A stretch of 64,000 bases of DNA from IMG/VR virus record IMGVR_UViG_3300000727_000007, positions 1-64,000 of that record. One strand, given 5' to 3'. Numbering within the stretch: position 1 is the stretch's first letter; the number at the start of each line of letters is the position of its first letter. The stretch comes from a virus (Duplodnaviria > Caudoviricetes). The position numbers were made by a program, and so were the translations under genes. The notes under the pieces were generated by a model. That model ran no database searches, was not told where the DNA came from, and worked only from the letters and a program-made list of their open reading frames with translations. Below, in pieces: positions 10,171-20,168 of the stretch.

Positions 10171-10564
10171 GAAAATAACAGGTATAGCTCTTGCCCCAGG
10201 CATGTTTAATAAAGTAATTGAAATACCAAAGGAAGAGCTTGAATCCGTAGTTGAAAAGGACATGAAAAGTTTGGGTAAAATAGTTATTAAGCATGAAAGC
10301 AACCCAGTAGGGTTAGCAGAATTACATCTTGACGAAAGTATAGAAACATCATTTGTAAGATTTGATGGTCAGTTTTTAGATGATGTAGAAATGGATGGTG
10401 AATTTAAACCAGAAATATCATATAAAGGTATTTGTTCTAAATGTGGACAGCCTTTTGTTCGATGTAATCATTGGTTTGATGACCCTGAAGTTTATATTAT
10501 TGCAAAAGATGTTGAATTAATATCAATAGGCTACTATCCGAGGAATAAAAATGAAAAAGATTAA
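10163..10564 (+). CDS. hypothetical protein, possible prohead-protease-like fold with Zn insert
   Basis: KHES.PVG, EISY, CSKCG...CNH. Confidence 0.4.
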   Translation: MTKKITGIALAPGMFNKVIEIPKEELESVVEKDMKSLGKIVIKHESNPVGLAELHLDESIETSFVRFDGQFLDDVEMDGEFKPEISYKGICSKCGQPFVRCNHWFDDPEVYIIAKDVELISIGYYPRNKNEKD

Positions 10565-11102
10565 AGGAATACCAGATACAAATAAAACCTTATGTATTAA
10601 TCTGTTTGGTGGACCCGGTACAGGTAAAAGTACAACTGCTGCTGGTGTATTTAACAAATTAAAAACATATGAAATCAACTGTGAATTAATTACTGAATAT
10701 ACCAAAAGTAAAGTGTGGGAAGAATCATTTAAGACTCTTGAAAACCAGCTTTATCTTTTAGGTAAGCAGTCCCATCGACAATTTGTTTGTAGGGATAATG
10801 TAGAGTGTATGGTTACAGATGCACCACTTCTTATGATGAACTATTACGGAAAAGATTTAAGTGATGCATACCATACAGTAGTTGAAGAAACATTTGATGA
10901 GTACAACAATCTTAATTTCTTCTTAGTAAGAGGGGACAGGGCTTATAATCCTGCAGGAAGAACTCAAACTGAGGAAGAAGCAAGAGCAATTGATGATGAA
11001 ATATTTAAATTGCTTTCAGATAGGTTTGTACATGTCTGTAGAACCAATGATATTGGTTTTATTGTTACTAAAGTAGTGGAGGCTTTGAGTTATTATGAAT
11101 AA
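10551..11102 (+). CDS. P-loop nucleotide kinase (NadR/Ttd14 AAA_28-like)
   Basis: INLFGGPGTGKST, VTDAPL, YNPAGRTQTEEEA. Confidence 0.8.
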   Translation: MKKIKGIPDTNKTLCINLFGGPGTGKSTTAAGVFNKLKTYEINCELITEYTKSKVWEESFKTLENQLYLLGKQSHRQFVCRDNVECMVTDAPLLMMNYYGKDLSDAYHTVVEETFDEYNNLNFFLVRGDRAYNPAGRTQTEEEARAIDDEIFKLLSDRFVHVCRTNDIGFIVTKVVEALSYYE

Positions 11103-13542
11103 GAGGGATTACATAGCAGTACTTTGTTTTGAAAAAGCAAAGAAGCTAGGTATATGGAATGAAGACTGTGATAGGAGGTTAGCTTATGAGCTTGAAATTA
11201 TATCAGAAAAAGGTTTCGAAGACTATTTCCTTATTTACAAGGAGATTATCGAGTATGCTCGCTCTACCGGCATTCTTGTTGGGCCTGGTCGTGGGAGTGC
11301 CGCTGGGTCTCTTGTCTCGTATCTACTCGGAATTACTAAGATTAACCCATTAAAATATGATTTATACTTTGAAAGGTTTTTAAATCCTTCAAGACCTGAC
11401 TTTCCAGATATAGATTCTGATTTCCAATCAACACGAAGACAAGAAATATTTGATCATATCGTAGAGAAATATGGAGAGGAGTATACTTGTCGTATTTCTA
11501 CGTATTCTCGTTTCCATATTAAGCAGACATTAAAAGACCTTTGTAGAGTATTTAAAATATCTATTAAAGATGCAAATAAACTGGCAAAATTTATCCCAAA
11601 TGATGTAAAGACATTAGAAGAAGCAGAGAAGATTCCAGAAGTTGACAGGTTCTTTAATGAACATCCACAAATTTATCAACTTGCAGATGAAATTCAAGGG
11701 GCTATAAGGCAGAAATCTATACATGCAGCCGGTATTGTTATAACTCCTAAGCCAGTTTTCTTTTATCTTGCAACAGAAAGAATAGGTGGGGCTAAAGGTT
11801 CACTCTGTTCTTGTTTTGATATGTTTGCTATTGACCAACTAGGTCTACTTAAATTAGATATTCTAAGTCTAAGAACATTGGATGTTATAGCAAAGGCTTT
11901 AGAGTTAGCTAACCTAACAGAAGATGATTTGCCTTCAACATTTGAAGACCCTAGAGTATATGAAAGATTCCAAAGGAGAGAGACACTTGGTATATTCCAG
12001 TTTGAAAGTAACCTTCTTACAGGTTATGCAGATGCTTTACAAATCCCTGATTTCCCTACTCTGTACGCTTGTACTACTATTGCTAGACCTGGACCATTAC
12101 ATTCAGGGGAAGCCGAAAAATATAAACACAGACATCAAGGTAAGGAAGAAGTATCTTACTTACATCCTATGATGGAACCAATCACAGCAGAGACTTATGG
12201 TCTTATGTTATACCAAGAACAGATGATGAAAACATCGGTTGCTTTAGCAGGGTTTACTCAGGTTGAATCAGAACTGTTAAGAAAAGTTATTGGTAAATCA
12301 AAAGGTAAAGAAGCCATAGATAAATATATGCAGAAATTTATTGAAGGGTGTGTAAATAATGGAATTGATAAGAATATTGCAGAGCAAATATGGGGAATCA
12401 TCAGGGAGTCAAGTGAGTACGGGTTCAATAAAGCCCATGCTGTGTCTTATTCAGCCATCTCTTACTGGTGTGCTTGGCTCAAAACATATTATCTCAAAGA
12501 ATTTTTAGTGGCGTTGATGGTATATGAAACAGACGAAATGCAAGAAAAAGCAGTGCGAGAACTCAGAGAACACGGGCACTCGGTTAATAAGCCCGACATT
12601 AACTTATCTAATGCTAATGTGTCGATCGGAGCTGATGGGGCCATCTACATGGGATTCTCAGATATTGAAGGGGTCGGAGCGAAAGCGACCGAAGAGATTC
12701 TTCTGCACCAACCCTATGGGTCGTTCGATGACTTTTTATCAAAAATACAAAGGAAGAAATGCAATATTAAAGTCATCAGAAATCTCATACAATCTGGAGC
12801 ATTCGACTCTTTTGGACAAAGAGATGAGCTTTATTACTCTGTCACAGAAGAGCCTTTTGCTAGATGGGATACTCAAGAAATGATGAAACGTCAAGGAATG
12901 GTCTTAGATATGCCATCGGAGACACCTCTGATAGATTACTATGAGAACAATTTTGAACAGCATATTGATATAACCCCAATGAGAGATATTGACCCCGCGA
13001 ATGACTATACTGAATTATGGGTACGAGGAATTGTATCTAATTTTAACGTAAGAGACAGTACCTCACAGATGCTTGTTCCAAACGGGAAACAAATGGCATT
13101 TTTTAACTTAGATGATGGAACAAATAAGTTTGAATGCTTTATCGCCCCAGAACAATTCACTTTATTTGGAGATTTAGTTGGAGATACTGAAGCGGTTGTT
13201 ATAAAAGCTCATACTTTTAATGGAAGGGATAAGTTATATGTTGATGGAGTTCTTAGCTTAACAAAACCAGAAGAAAACAAGGATACATTTTTAAAATATG
13301 TATACGGACGTAGAGATGAATTGTTAGAAGCAAGAAGAACTTTCCCAATGAATTGTAACATTGTAAAATCAGCTAACTATCAGGTTGCAAAATCAGGAAA
13401 ACCATATATAAGAGTTGTCACTGATGAAGATGAAGAATGGTTACAGTTTAGATTCTACGAAGAAGCGATCTGCCCTGGAGAAATCATAGTATGGGACTCT
13501 AATAAAGACCCATTCATGGAAATAGAACAGAGGTTAAAATAA
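11095..13542 (+). CDS. dnaE: DNA polymerase III alpha catalytic part (C-family; palm, HhH, OB)
   Basis: GPGRGSAAGSLV, FERFLNPSR, PDIDSDF, HAAG, KLDIL, RPGP, YQEQ, YGFNKAHA. Confidence 0.95.
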   Translation: MNKRDYIAVLCFEKAKKLGIWNEDCDRRLAYELEIISEKGFEDYFLIYKEIIEYARSTGILVGPGRGSAAGSLVSYLLGITKINPLKYDLYFERFLNPSRPDFPDIDSDFQSTRRQEIFDHIVEKYGEEYTCRISTYSRFHIKQTLKDLCRVFKISIKDANKLAKFIPNDVKTLEEAEKIPEVDRFFNEHPQIYQLADEIQGAIRQKSIHAAGIVITPKPVFFYLATERIGGAKGSLCSCFDMFAIDQLGLLKLDILSLRTLDVIAKALELANLTEDDLPSTFEDPRVYERFQRRETLGIFQFESNLLTGYADALQIPDFPTLYACTTIARPGPLHSGEAEKYKHRHQGKEEVSYLHPMMEPITAETYGLMLYQEQMMKTSVALAGFTQVESELLRKVIGKSKGKEAIDKYMQKFIEGCVNNGIDKNIAEQIWGIIRESSEYGFNKAHAVSYSAISYWCAWLKTYYLKEFLVALMVYETDEMQEKAVRELREHGHSVNKPDINLSNANVSIGADGAIYMGFSDIEGVGAKATEEILLHQPYGSFDDFLSKIQRKKCNIKVIRNLIQSGAFDSFGQRDELYYSVTEEPFARWDTQEMMKRQGMVLDMPSETPLIDYYENNFEQHIDITPMRDIDPANDYTELWVRGIVSNFNVRDSTSQMLVPNGKQMAFFNLDDGTNKFECFIAPEQFTLFGDLVGDTEAVVIKAHTFNGRDKLYVDGVLSLTKPEENKDTFLKYVYGRRDELLEARRTFPMNCNIVKSANYQVAKSGKPYIRVVTDEDEEWLQFRFYEEAICPGEIIVWDSNKDPFMEIEQRLK

Positions 13543-13835
13543 TGAAAATGTTTATCGAAGTCAGAGACGGAATCGAACCGAAGTTAGAGATGGAAGACGG
13601 AGTATTAAAAGGTATATCCTTTGATGCTCCTTTTATTTTAATAGAGAAGAAAAAAGATAAGGGTCGTAATGAAGATAGATTTGTTCTTGTTCGTGTTGGT
13701 GAAACTAGACCTTGTAGTCAATGTGGAGAAGAAAGATACCCAGAACAGTATTACATATCATCAGAAACTTCAACAGGATATCAGAATACATGTATAGTAT
13801 GCTATAAAAGGAGGGCTAAAAATGCGGATGAGTAA
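13542..13835 (+). CDS. zinc-finger hypothetical protein
   Basis: CSQC...CIVC. Confidence 0.6.
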   Translation: MKMFIEVRDGIEPKLEMEDGVLKGISFDAPFILIEKKKDKGRNEDRFVLVRVGETRPCSQCGEERYPEQYYISSETSTGYQNTCIVCYKRRAKNADE

Positions 13836-14661
13836 AAGTAGTTTTTTAACATACGTAGATTGCCCTTACAATTTATTTTTAGATAAAGTTAAAGGTCGTA
13901 GAGACCTGCGTCCAACACCAAAGGAGGGTTCTCCTTTAAAGAAAGGGACTGATTTGCATAAGATTTTTGAAGATTTTTATACTGTATGTGAAGAGGAAGA
14001 TATAAATACCAAACAAGATATACTAGATATATTACTCCAACATCCTTTATCCTCAAAAGCCCATCTAGAAAAAGAAGATCCAACCCACGAAAACCTTTAT
14101 TTAAATAAATATAGGAATTACCACGCGTTGGAAGGAGAAATTCATAGACATCTAGATAATTTTGCAGACTTTAATATGGCTACAATTGAGAGAAGAGGTT
14201 TAGATAATTTCATACCAGAGTACAGAGAAATGGAAATATATAATGAAGAAAAAGATTTTCTGGGTTATATAGATAGAGCAGAGAAATTAAACGACGGTAC
14301 ATATAGAATACTTGATTATAAAACAGGTAAAGTTAAAACTTTAAGAAATTATCTAGCAGAACTTTCCTTATATAAATGGCTATTTGAAACAGAAACGGGC
14401 AAAACAGTTACAAGAGTAGGTATTTATTTTTCTGATAATGGCTGGCTAAGGACAATGGAATTAGAACAGAGTGATATTTTTGAATCTTTGTACCTCCTTG
14501 ATACTGTCTCAGAAATGGTTAGAGAAAGAATCTTCCCAAGATTTAGGAACGAATACATGTGTAAAAAGTTCTGTGAAAATTGGGGCATTTGTCATTTACC
14601 TTTATATGAAGACGAAATAGTATCTGAGGTTCCAGCAAAATATGCAAATATATTATGGTGA
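13822..14661 (+). CDS. Cas4/RecB-like PD-(D/E)XK exonuclease
   Basis: N-terminal CP, GTDLH, GYIDR, ILDYKTG, C-terminal C..C..C. Confidence 0.85.
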   Translation: MRMSKSSFLTYVDCPYNLFLDKVKGRRDLRPTPKEGSPLKKGTDLHKIFEDFYTVCEEEDINTKQDILDILLQHPLSSKAHLEKEDPTHENLYLNKYRNYHALEGEIHRHLDNFADFNMATIERRGLDNFIPEYREMEIYNEEKDFLGYIDRAEKLNDGTYRILDYKTGKVKTLRNYLAELSLYKWLFETETGKTVTRVGIYFSDNGWLRTMELEQSDIFESLYLLDTVSEMVRERIFPRFRNEYMCKKFCENWGICHLPLYEDEIVSEVPAKYANILW

Positions 14662-15641
14662 GAGATATGTATTTTCAATTAGGTTTTCCGTCAAGATATA
14701 CGTTAGAGGATAATGAAGAAGGCAACGCAGAAGCAGCAAGATTAGTTAAACAATTTAACGGTCTTACAAAAGTGTTTAGAAGTATTTATAACTATGATGG
14801 TGTTCCATGTGCGGACACAGCAGTCATAGACAAAATATTTTTTGACTTTGATTATGATGAAGACCAACCAAATAAAGCACAAAAAGATTTACAAAAACTA
14901 CATAACTTTTTAAAACAAGAAGAATATGCTCATTCTATATATTTCAGTGGAATGGGTTTTCATTTATTCCTAGAGACAGAAGTAAAGAAAGCTAGAGAAT
15001 TTATGAGTCCAGCTCTTGTTGTAAGAGGTGTTCACAAACACATATGTGCTACTGTTGGTATAGAACCAGACGAAAAGACAAAAGACCTTATGCGTTTTGC
15101 AAGGCTACCAGGCACTAAGAACTTAAAATCAAAGTTTTTCTGTATCCCACTCTCTGAAGAGATGATTCATTGGAGTAGAGAAGAGATAATGAATAGAGCC
15201 AAAGAACAACACTTTGAAGATTTTAGGATAAATGGTAAGCCATACTGTCTTGATGATTTTGATGTGGAAAAAACAACAGTAAAATATGCAGAGCCTGTTG
15301 GAAATATAGAGGACATACAAGACGAGATTTTAGAAGACATGCCATATTGTGTTAGAAATCTTTTACTTGGAGATTACTGTGGTTGGACAGGTAGACGTGT
15401 TGTGATAACCGCCATGAAAGAAAAGGCTTACACGAGAGAAGAAACAGTAAGTGTTTTAGAGAAATACCTATCCAGTAATCGCCATAAATTAGATGGTAAT
15501 GAATATGAACATTGTATGAAAGAAAATCAAGTAGATTATTTATTTGATAATCCAGACATGATGTTTCCAGCTTGTTTTACAAATAGGGAGGACGGTTTTT
15601 GTGTTGAAGGATGTGAAGGACCAAAAATTTACTTAGAGTGA
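14655..15641 (+). CDS. archaeo-eukaryotic primase with a C-terminal PriL-like Cys domain
   Basis: FFDFD, SGMGFH, RFARLPGT; C-terminal PYC...C...C...C. Confidence 0.85.
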   Translation: MVRDMYFQLGFPSRYTLEDNEEGNAEAARLVKQFNGLTKVFRSIYNYDGVPCADTAVIDKIFFDFDYDEDQPNKAQKDLQKLHNFLKQEEYAHSIYFSGMGFHLFLETEVKKAREFMSPALVVRGVHKHICATVGIEPDEKTKDLMRFARLPGTKNLKSKFFCIPLSEEMIHWSREEIMNRAKEQHFEDFRINGKPYCLDDFDVEKTTVKYAEPVGNIEDIQDEILEDMPYCVRNLLLGDYCGWTGRRVVITAMKEKAYTREETVSVLEKYLSSNRHKLDGNEYEHCMKENQVDYLFDNPDMMFPACFTNREDGFCVEGCEGPKIYLE

Positions 15642-15645
15642 TGCT

Positions 15646-16269
15646 ATGATTTACATGGATGCAAGAGAATCAAAGAAAAGACAAAAACTAGCTAAAGAGA
15701 TTTTAACAGAGGTTGAGGTTACATTCCTCGCCACTGCTGATTTTATTTTTAATGATGTTGGAGTAGAATGGAAAGAATGGGAAGACTTTGTTAAAAGTGA
15801 AAACGAAGGTCGCCTGTTGAATCAAGTTAAACATATGTTAGCCAACTTCAATCAATGTTATATAATAGTAGTGGCTCCAGATAGGAAAGTCTATAACAAT
15901 CCAAGAACAAAAAGTATGCCTGGTTCACGATTCAGAAGTTTGATAATTCAATACGGTAACATGGGATGCACTCTTGTTCCTGTTGCGTCAGACCCAGAAG
16001 GTATGCGTGCAATGAAATCTATTTGTAAGTATGCAGGTACAGAACGTGTAATAGATAATGGGTTAAAACGTATAGCTCCTAGAACTGATGACAAATATGT
16101 AGATATGCTTTGTGTCTGTGATGGTGTAGGACCAGAGATAGCAAGGAGAATATTAAAGGTTTTCAAAGCATGGGAGCTTTGGGAAGTATCCGAAAAAGAT
16201 TTGAGGCACAGCGTTGATGGTGTGGGGCCAACAATAGCGAAAGAAATCAAGAAGGTGTTCCATAAATGA
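15646..16269 (+). CDS. ERCC4/XPF-type nuclease with HhH (resolvase)
   Basis: DARE, ADF, VEWK..DF..S...GRL..Q, two GVGP HhH motifs. Confidence 0.85.
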   Translation: MIYMDARESKKRQKLAKEILTEVEVTFLATADFIFNDVGVEWKEWEDFVKSENEGRLLNQVKHMLANFNQCYIIVVAPDRKVYNNPRTKSMPGSRFRSLIIQYGNMGCTLVPVASDPEGMRAMKSICKYAGTERVIDNGLKRIAPRTDDKYVDMLCVCDGVGPEIARRILKVFKAWELWEVSEKDLRHSVDGVGPTIAKEIKKVFHK

Positions 16270-16484
16270 CAGTGAAAAGAAAACCCAGTTGCCTTGAGTT
16301 AGACGCATATCTTAGGGCTGGTAAAAGTTTAACAGACATACACAATATAACAGGATATTCTGTGCCTTATCTTTCTAAATTATGTAAAGGTTGCGGTTTA
16401 GAAGTGCCTAAAGTAGGTAGAAAGAAGGGGTATATAATGGACGAAGATACCAAAAGAAAGATAGGGGAGGCGAACCGTAAATGA
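16266..16484 (+). CDS. small HTH DNA-binding protein
   Basis: SLTDIHNITGYSVPYLSK; NUMOD3-like tail. Confidence 0.6.
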   Translation: MTVKRKPSCLELDAYLRAGKSLTDIHNITGYSVPYLSKLCKGCGLEVPKVGRKKGYIMDEDTKRKIGEANRK

Positions 16485-16849
16485 GAAAAGAAGTAATAGA
16501 GAATTTCACACGTTCCTTTTTTGTTGGTGTAGTTGAAATTAGTTATTTTGAAATGCGTGGTAAAAGGAACATTAAAATTAGTTTTAATTCTTTAGATGAT
16601 ATGAAAATGTCATTTAAAAGAGCTAGAGAAGCCAGAGCTAATGAATTATTTTTAATTGATGAAGACCAACTTACTTTTATGGCAGACAGAGATGATTATG
16701 AAACCGCCATATACATGACAGCAGTTAAAGGCGCAACAGAAGCCTGGACTATGAGATTCCAAGAAGAAGCAAAAGAAAGAAGAGAGGCGTTGAGCAATGA
16801 AAGCGATGAGGATAGCGACGATTCAACAGGGATGGCCAATAATAGTTAG
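16481..16849 (+). CDS. hypothetical protein
   Basis: GGAGG RBS, coupled ORF. Confidence 0.6.
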   Translation: MRKEVIENFTRSFFVGVVEISYFEMRGKRNIKISFNSLDDMKMSFKRAREARANELFLIDEDQLTFMADRDDYETAIYMTAVKGATEAWTMRFQEEAKERREALSNESDEDSDDSTGMANNS

Positions 16850-17408
16850 ACACATAATGGAAAATGGCGATATGGTTCAAGACGAACGTGGTTCTAATAC
16901 CATGGAAATCTTGAACCTTTTTGTTGAATATACAGACCCAGAAAATGCAAAAGAACCAGAAGGTAATCCATTTGGTGGAAGAAAACTTGAAGCATATGAA
17001 GATGAATTTACTAGTGATGATAAAGGTGACTTTGTATATACCTATGGTAACAGATATCGAGCACACTTTGGCTTTGACCAGATAGCTGCGGTAATTGGTA
17101 GGCTAACTAATTGTGCAGAATCAAGAAGGTCGATAGCGATAACTTGGGACCCAGTAGAAGATAGTAAATCAGAGGAAGTCCCTTGCAATATTTATGCTGA
17201 TTTTAAAATAAGAAAGGGTATGTTATTTACCACTGCTATGTGGCGTTCACATGATATATTTACAGCATACGTACCCAATTTCTTTGCATTGTTAAGATTA
17301 TCCCAGTTAGTTGCAAAATGGTTAAACATAGAAATCGGTGTAACAACTATTCATTCCATCAGCGCCCATATATATGAAGGTTATTGGGATGAAGCAAAAA
17401 AAATTTAA
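16797..17408 (+). CDS. thyA: thymidylate synthase (archaeal ThyA type)
   Basis: YTYG.R, SRR, VPC, RSHD, N at the specificity position, SAHIY. Confidence 0.9.
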   Translation: MKAMRIATIQQGWPIIVRHIMENGDMVQDERGSNTMEILNLFVEYTDPENAKEPEGNPFGGRKLEAYEDEFTSDDKGDFVYTYGNRYRAHFGFDQIAAVIGRLTNCAESRRSIAITWDPVEDSKSEEVPCNIYADFKIRKGMLFTTAMWRSHDIFTAYVPNFFALLRLSQLVAKWLNIEIGVTTIHSISAHIYEGYWDEAKKI

Positions 17409-17421
17409 GGAGAGTAAGACT

Positions 17422-17709
17422 ATGAATGGCAGAGTAAAGTTTAAAAGTTTAGAAGAAGGAATGTTTGTTGAAGTAACCACAGAGACCGGAGAAAAAATAT
17501 GGGCTGAGGATTTACAAATAGGTTGGGACCCGCAACGAGGATTATATGCAACCATAGTAGTACCATTACCTGAAATAGATTTAGAAATACGAAGAGAAAA
17601 TATCAGCGTAATTAATGATGTTGAATTTATAAGAGAAGAAAGAGAGAAAAGAGCTCAAGAAATTAAAAAATTATTAGCAGAAAAAATGGCGGAAAGGGAC
17701 CAGGAATGA
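17422..17709 (+). CDS. hypothetical protein
   Basis: AGGAG RBS before ATG 17422. Confidence 0.6.
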   Translation: MNGRVKFKSLEEGMFVEVTTETGEKIWAEDLQIGWDPQRGLYATIVVPLPEIDLEIRRENISVINDVEFIREEREKRAQEIKKLLAEKMAERDQE

Positions 17710-19838
17710 TTACAGTACAGACAAACCATGATGAATGTGAACCATTCGATAAAAATCGAATAGAAAATTATTGTATTAATCAAATAGGATTGGAAGAGAA
17801 GGAATCAAAATTAATAGCGTTGTCTGTATGGAGAAAATATAAGGATTTACATGATGATACTACTGTAACAACCGCCATGCTTAGAGAAGATGTAAATGTT
17901 CAACTAAGGAAAAGGGGTTATATGGATGAGTCAAGAAAACACGAAAGAGTTGGAATTCCTTTTGCAGAGATTAGAGAGTATATCAGAGGTCACAATTGCG
18001 ATAACGCAAACCTACAAAGAAATCCTGAAACATTCCATAAAAATGTGGCAGATTATGCATTAAAACAATACGCACTAGAGTGTCTCCCTAAAGACATAGC
18101 GGAAGCACACAACAAAGGAGAAATGCATATACATGATTTAGAGTATTTCCCGGGAAGACCAATCAATTGTCTCCAGCATGACCTAAGATGGATTATTCAA
18201 AATATATTTAAACCAGATGGTATAGGAGAGCATACATCTACCGCACATCCTGCTAAACACTTCCCTACATTAATGAATCATGCAGGTGAAATGTTACTAG
18301 CTGGGCAACAAAATTGTTCAGGAGGACAAGGTTTCAGCTTATTCAATGTCTTTGCATCCCCATTTGTTAGAGGTCTAACCTTCAAACAGATAAAGCAGGG
18401 CATCCAGATGTTCATATATAATTTGAACATGGCTTATTCAAATAGAGGTGGCCAGGTACCATTTACATCCGTTAATTTAGAATTCACAGTCCCAGACTTC
18501 CTTAAAGACGAAATAGCTTGGGGACCAGGTGGAGAACCATGTGGTGTTTATGGGGGTTTTGAAGAAGAAACAAGGTTAATCAACAGAGCGTTTATTGAAG
18601 TCCTTATGGAAGGAGACGCTATGGGTAAACCTCACTTATTCCCAAATACAATATGGGTATTAAGGGAAGAAATGATGACGGAGGAATTTGATGAAGACTT
18701 TAAACGCGTTTGCGAACTCTCCTCGAAGTATAGTACTCCTTATTTCGCTAATTGTATTCCTGAATGGACAGGTAAGCATTCTAATGTCATGGGATGCAGG
18801 ACTCGACTCAATACGAATTGGACTGGCGATTGGGACGTTGATACTCTTCGTACTGGGAATCTTGCGTATATTACAATTAACTTCCCGAGGATAGCTTATA
18901 AATCAAATGGAAAAGCACGTGAGTTCTATAAAGAATTAGATAGAGTTCTTGAAATTGCAACACGTACTCTATTAATCAGAAGAAGACATGCAGAAAAACT
19001 CTTAAACGAATATAATATGCTTCCGTTCTTAGCTCAGAAAAACAAAGATGGAGAAACATATTATAGAATAGAAAATTCCACATTATCATTTGGTGTTATC
19101 GGTATGGATGAAATGTTAAGGGCTTTCTGGAATGATAAGAAAGATGGTGGAATGTATAATGAGAAAAACAGAGAGTTTGTCTACCATATATTGGACTATT
19201 TAAACCAGTATGCTAAAAAACTCACAGAAGAAACTGGTTACAGATGGACAATCTTCCAAACACCAGGAGAGACAACTGCAAATAGATTTGCAACCTTAGA
19301 CAAAAAGCACTTCCCTGATAAAGCTATATATAAAGGTGGAGTAAGAGAACACAAACTCTTAGATGAAAAAAATGAACCTAATATATGGGTAGAAGGAGAA
19401 GAAGGCTCAGAATATTATACAAACTCTACACACATACCTGTAGATGAAACAAGACTGTTATTAACACAGAAGATGCAAATAGAAGCAGAGTTCCACCCAT
19501 TAACCAGTGGTGGGCACATATTCCATGCTTGGATAGGGGAAGCTTATACAGACCCTGTAGCAATTATGAAGTTAACCAAAGCTATAGCAACAAAAACTGA
19601 CTTAGGTTTTTGGGCTTATACATCAGCGTTTAGTTACTGTTTTAATTGTTGCACATTCTTAAACGGTATGCAATATAAATGTCCTGAATGTGGTTCGTCA
19701 GATGACATTGAGCATTATTCCAGAATTACAGGCTATGTCCAGCAAGTAGGAGCTAAGAAAGATTCTATTGGTGGATGGAATAAAGGTAAACGTGCAGAAC
19801 TAAGAGATAGATACGAACATGGTGATTTAAGTGGCTAA
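17706..19838 (+). CDS. nrdD: anaerobic (class III) ribonucleoside-triphosphate reductase
   Basis: ATP-cone-like N-terminus, HIHDL, NC, SGGQ, MGCR, YYTNS, CxxC/CPEC, SRITGY glycyl-radical motif. Confidence 0.95.
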   Translation: MITVQTNHDECEPFDKNRIENYCINQIGLEEKESKLIALSVWRKYKDLHDDTTVTTAMLREDVNVQLRKRGYMDESRKHERVGIPFAEIREYIRGHNCDNANLQRNPETFHKNVADYALKQYALECLPKDIAEAHNKGEMHIHDLEYFPGRPINCLQHDLRWIIQNIFKPDGIGEHTSTAHPAKHFPTLMNHAGEMLLAGQQNCSGGQGFSLFNVFASPFVRGLTFKQIKQGIQMFIYNLNMAYSNRGGQVPFTSVNLEFTVPDFLKDEIAWGPGGEPCGVYGGFEEETRLINRAFIEVLMEGDAMGKPHLFPNTIWVLREEMMTEEFDEDFKRVCELSSKYSTPYFANCIPEWTGKHSNVMGCRTRLNTNWTGDWDVDTLRTGNLAYITINFPRIAYKSNGKAREFYKELDRVLEIATRTLLIRRRHAEKLLNEYNMLPFLAQKNKDGETYYRIENSTLSFGVIGMDEMLRAFWNDKKDGGMYNEKNREFVYHILDYLNQYAKKLTEETGYRWTIFQTPGETTANRFATLDKKHFPDKAIYKGGVREHKLLDEKNEPNIWVEGEEGSEYYTNSTHIPVDETRLLLTQKMQIEAEFHPLTSGGHIFHAWIGEAYTDPVAIMKLTKAIATKTDLGFWAYTSAFSYCFNCCTFLNGMQYKCPECGSSDDIEHYSRITGYVQQVGAKKDSIGGWNKGKRAELRDRYEHGDLSG

Positions 19839-20121
19839 TTCGTTCGGTAAATGGGAGAAGGTTACAGATGATGAACATCTGGACCAACCTTTATCTCCTT
19901 ATTTAGATGATTATCCTCCAGAAGCATGGGAAAAATATGATTCTTATGATGATATAGATAAAGAAAGATTCCTTAGAGGACTTCTCCCACGTAATTATGA
20001 GAATATGATACGTAAAGCTTTGGCTTATGGTTGTTATATGGTAGGAACAGGCATAGATAAGAAAACTAGGAAAATGTATACGATAGATTATATTTTTGGT
20101 AAAACATATAGAAGACCATAG
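19831..20121 (+). CDS. hypothetical protein
   Basis: GGTGA RBS, coupled ORF. Confidence 0.6.
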   Translation: MANSFGKWEKVTDDEHLDQPLSPYLDDYPPEAWEKYDSYDDIDKERFLRGLLPRNYENMIRKALAYGCYMVGTGIDKKTRKMYTIDYIFGKTYRRP

Positions 20122-20168
20122 ATAAGTTTATAAGTTAAAAGATTAAAAGGATATATTATGGTGAAATA

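Noticed and set aside
9400-11200. Split intein joining the DnaE halves
   Set aside because: No intein blocks (N-terminal Cys/Ser block, terminal His-Asn) at either fragment end.
13822-14661. CRISPR-associated Cas4
   Set aside because: No cas genes or array nearby. The replication-module context fits a viral recombination exonuclease.
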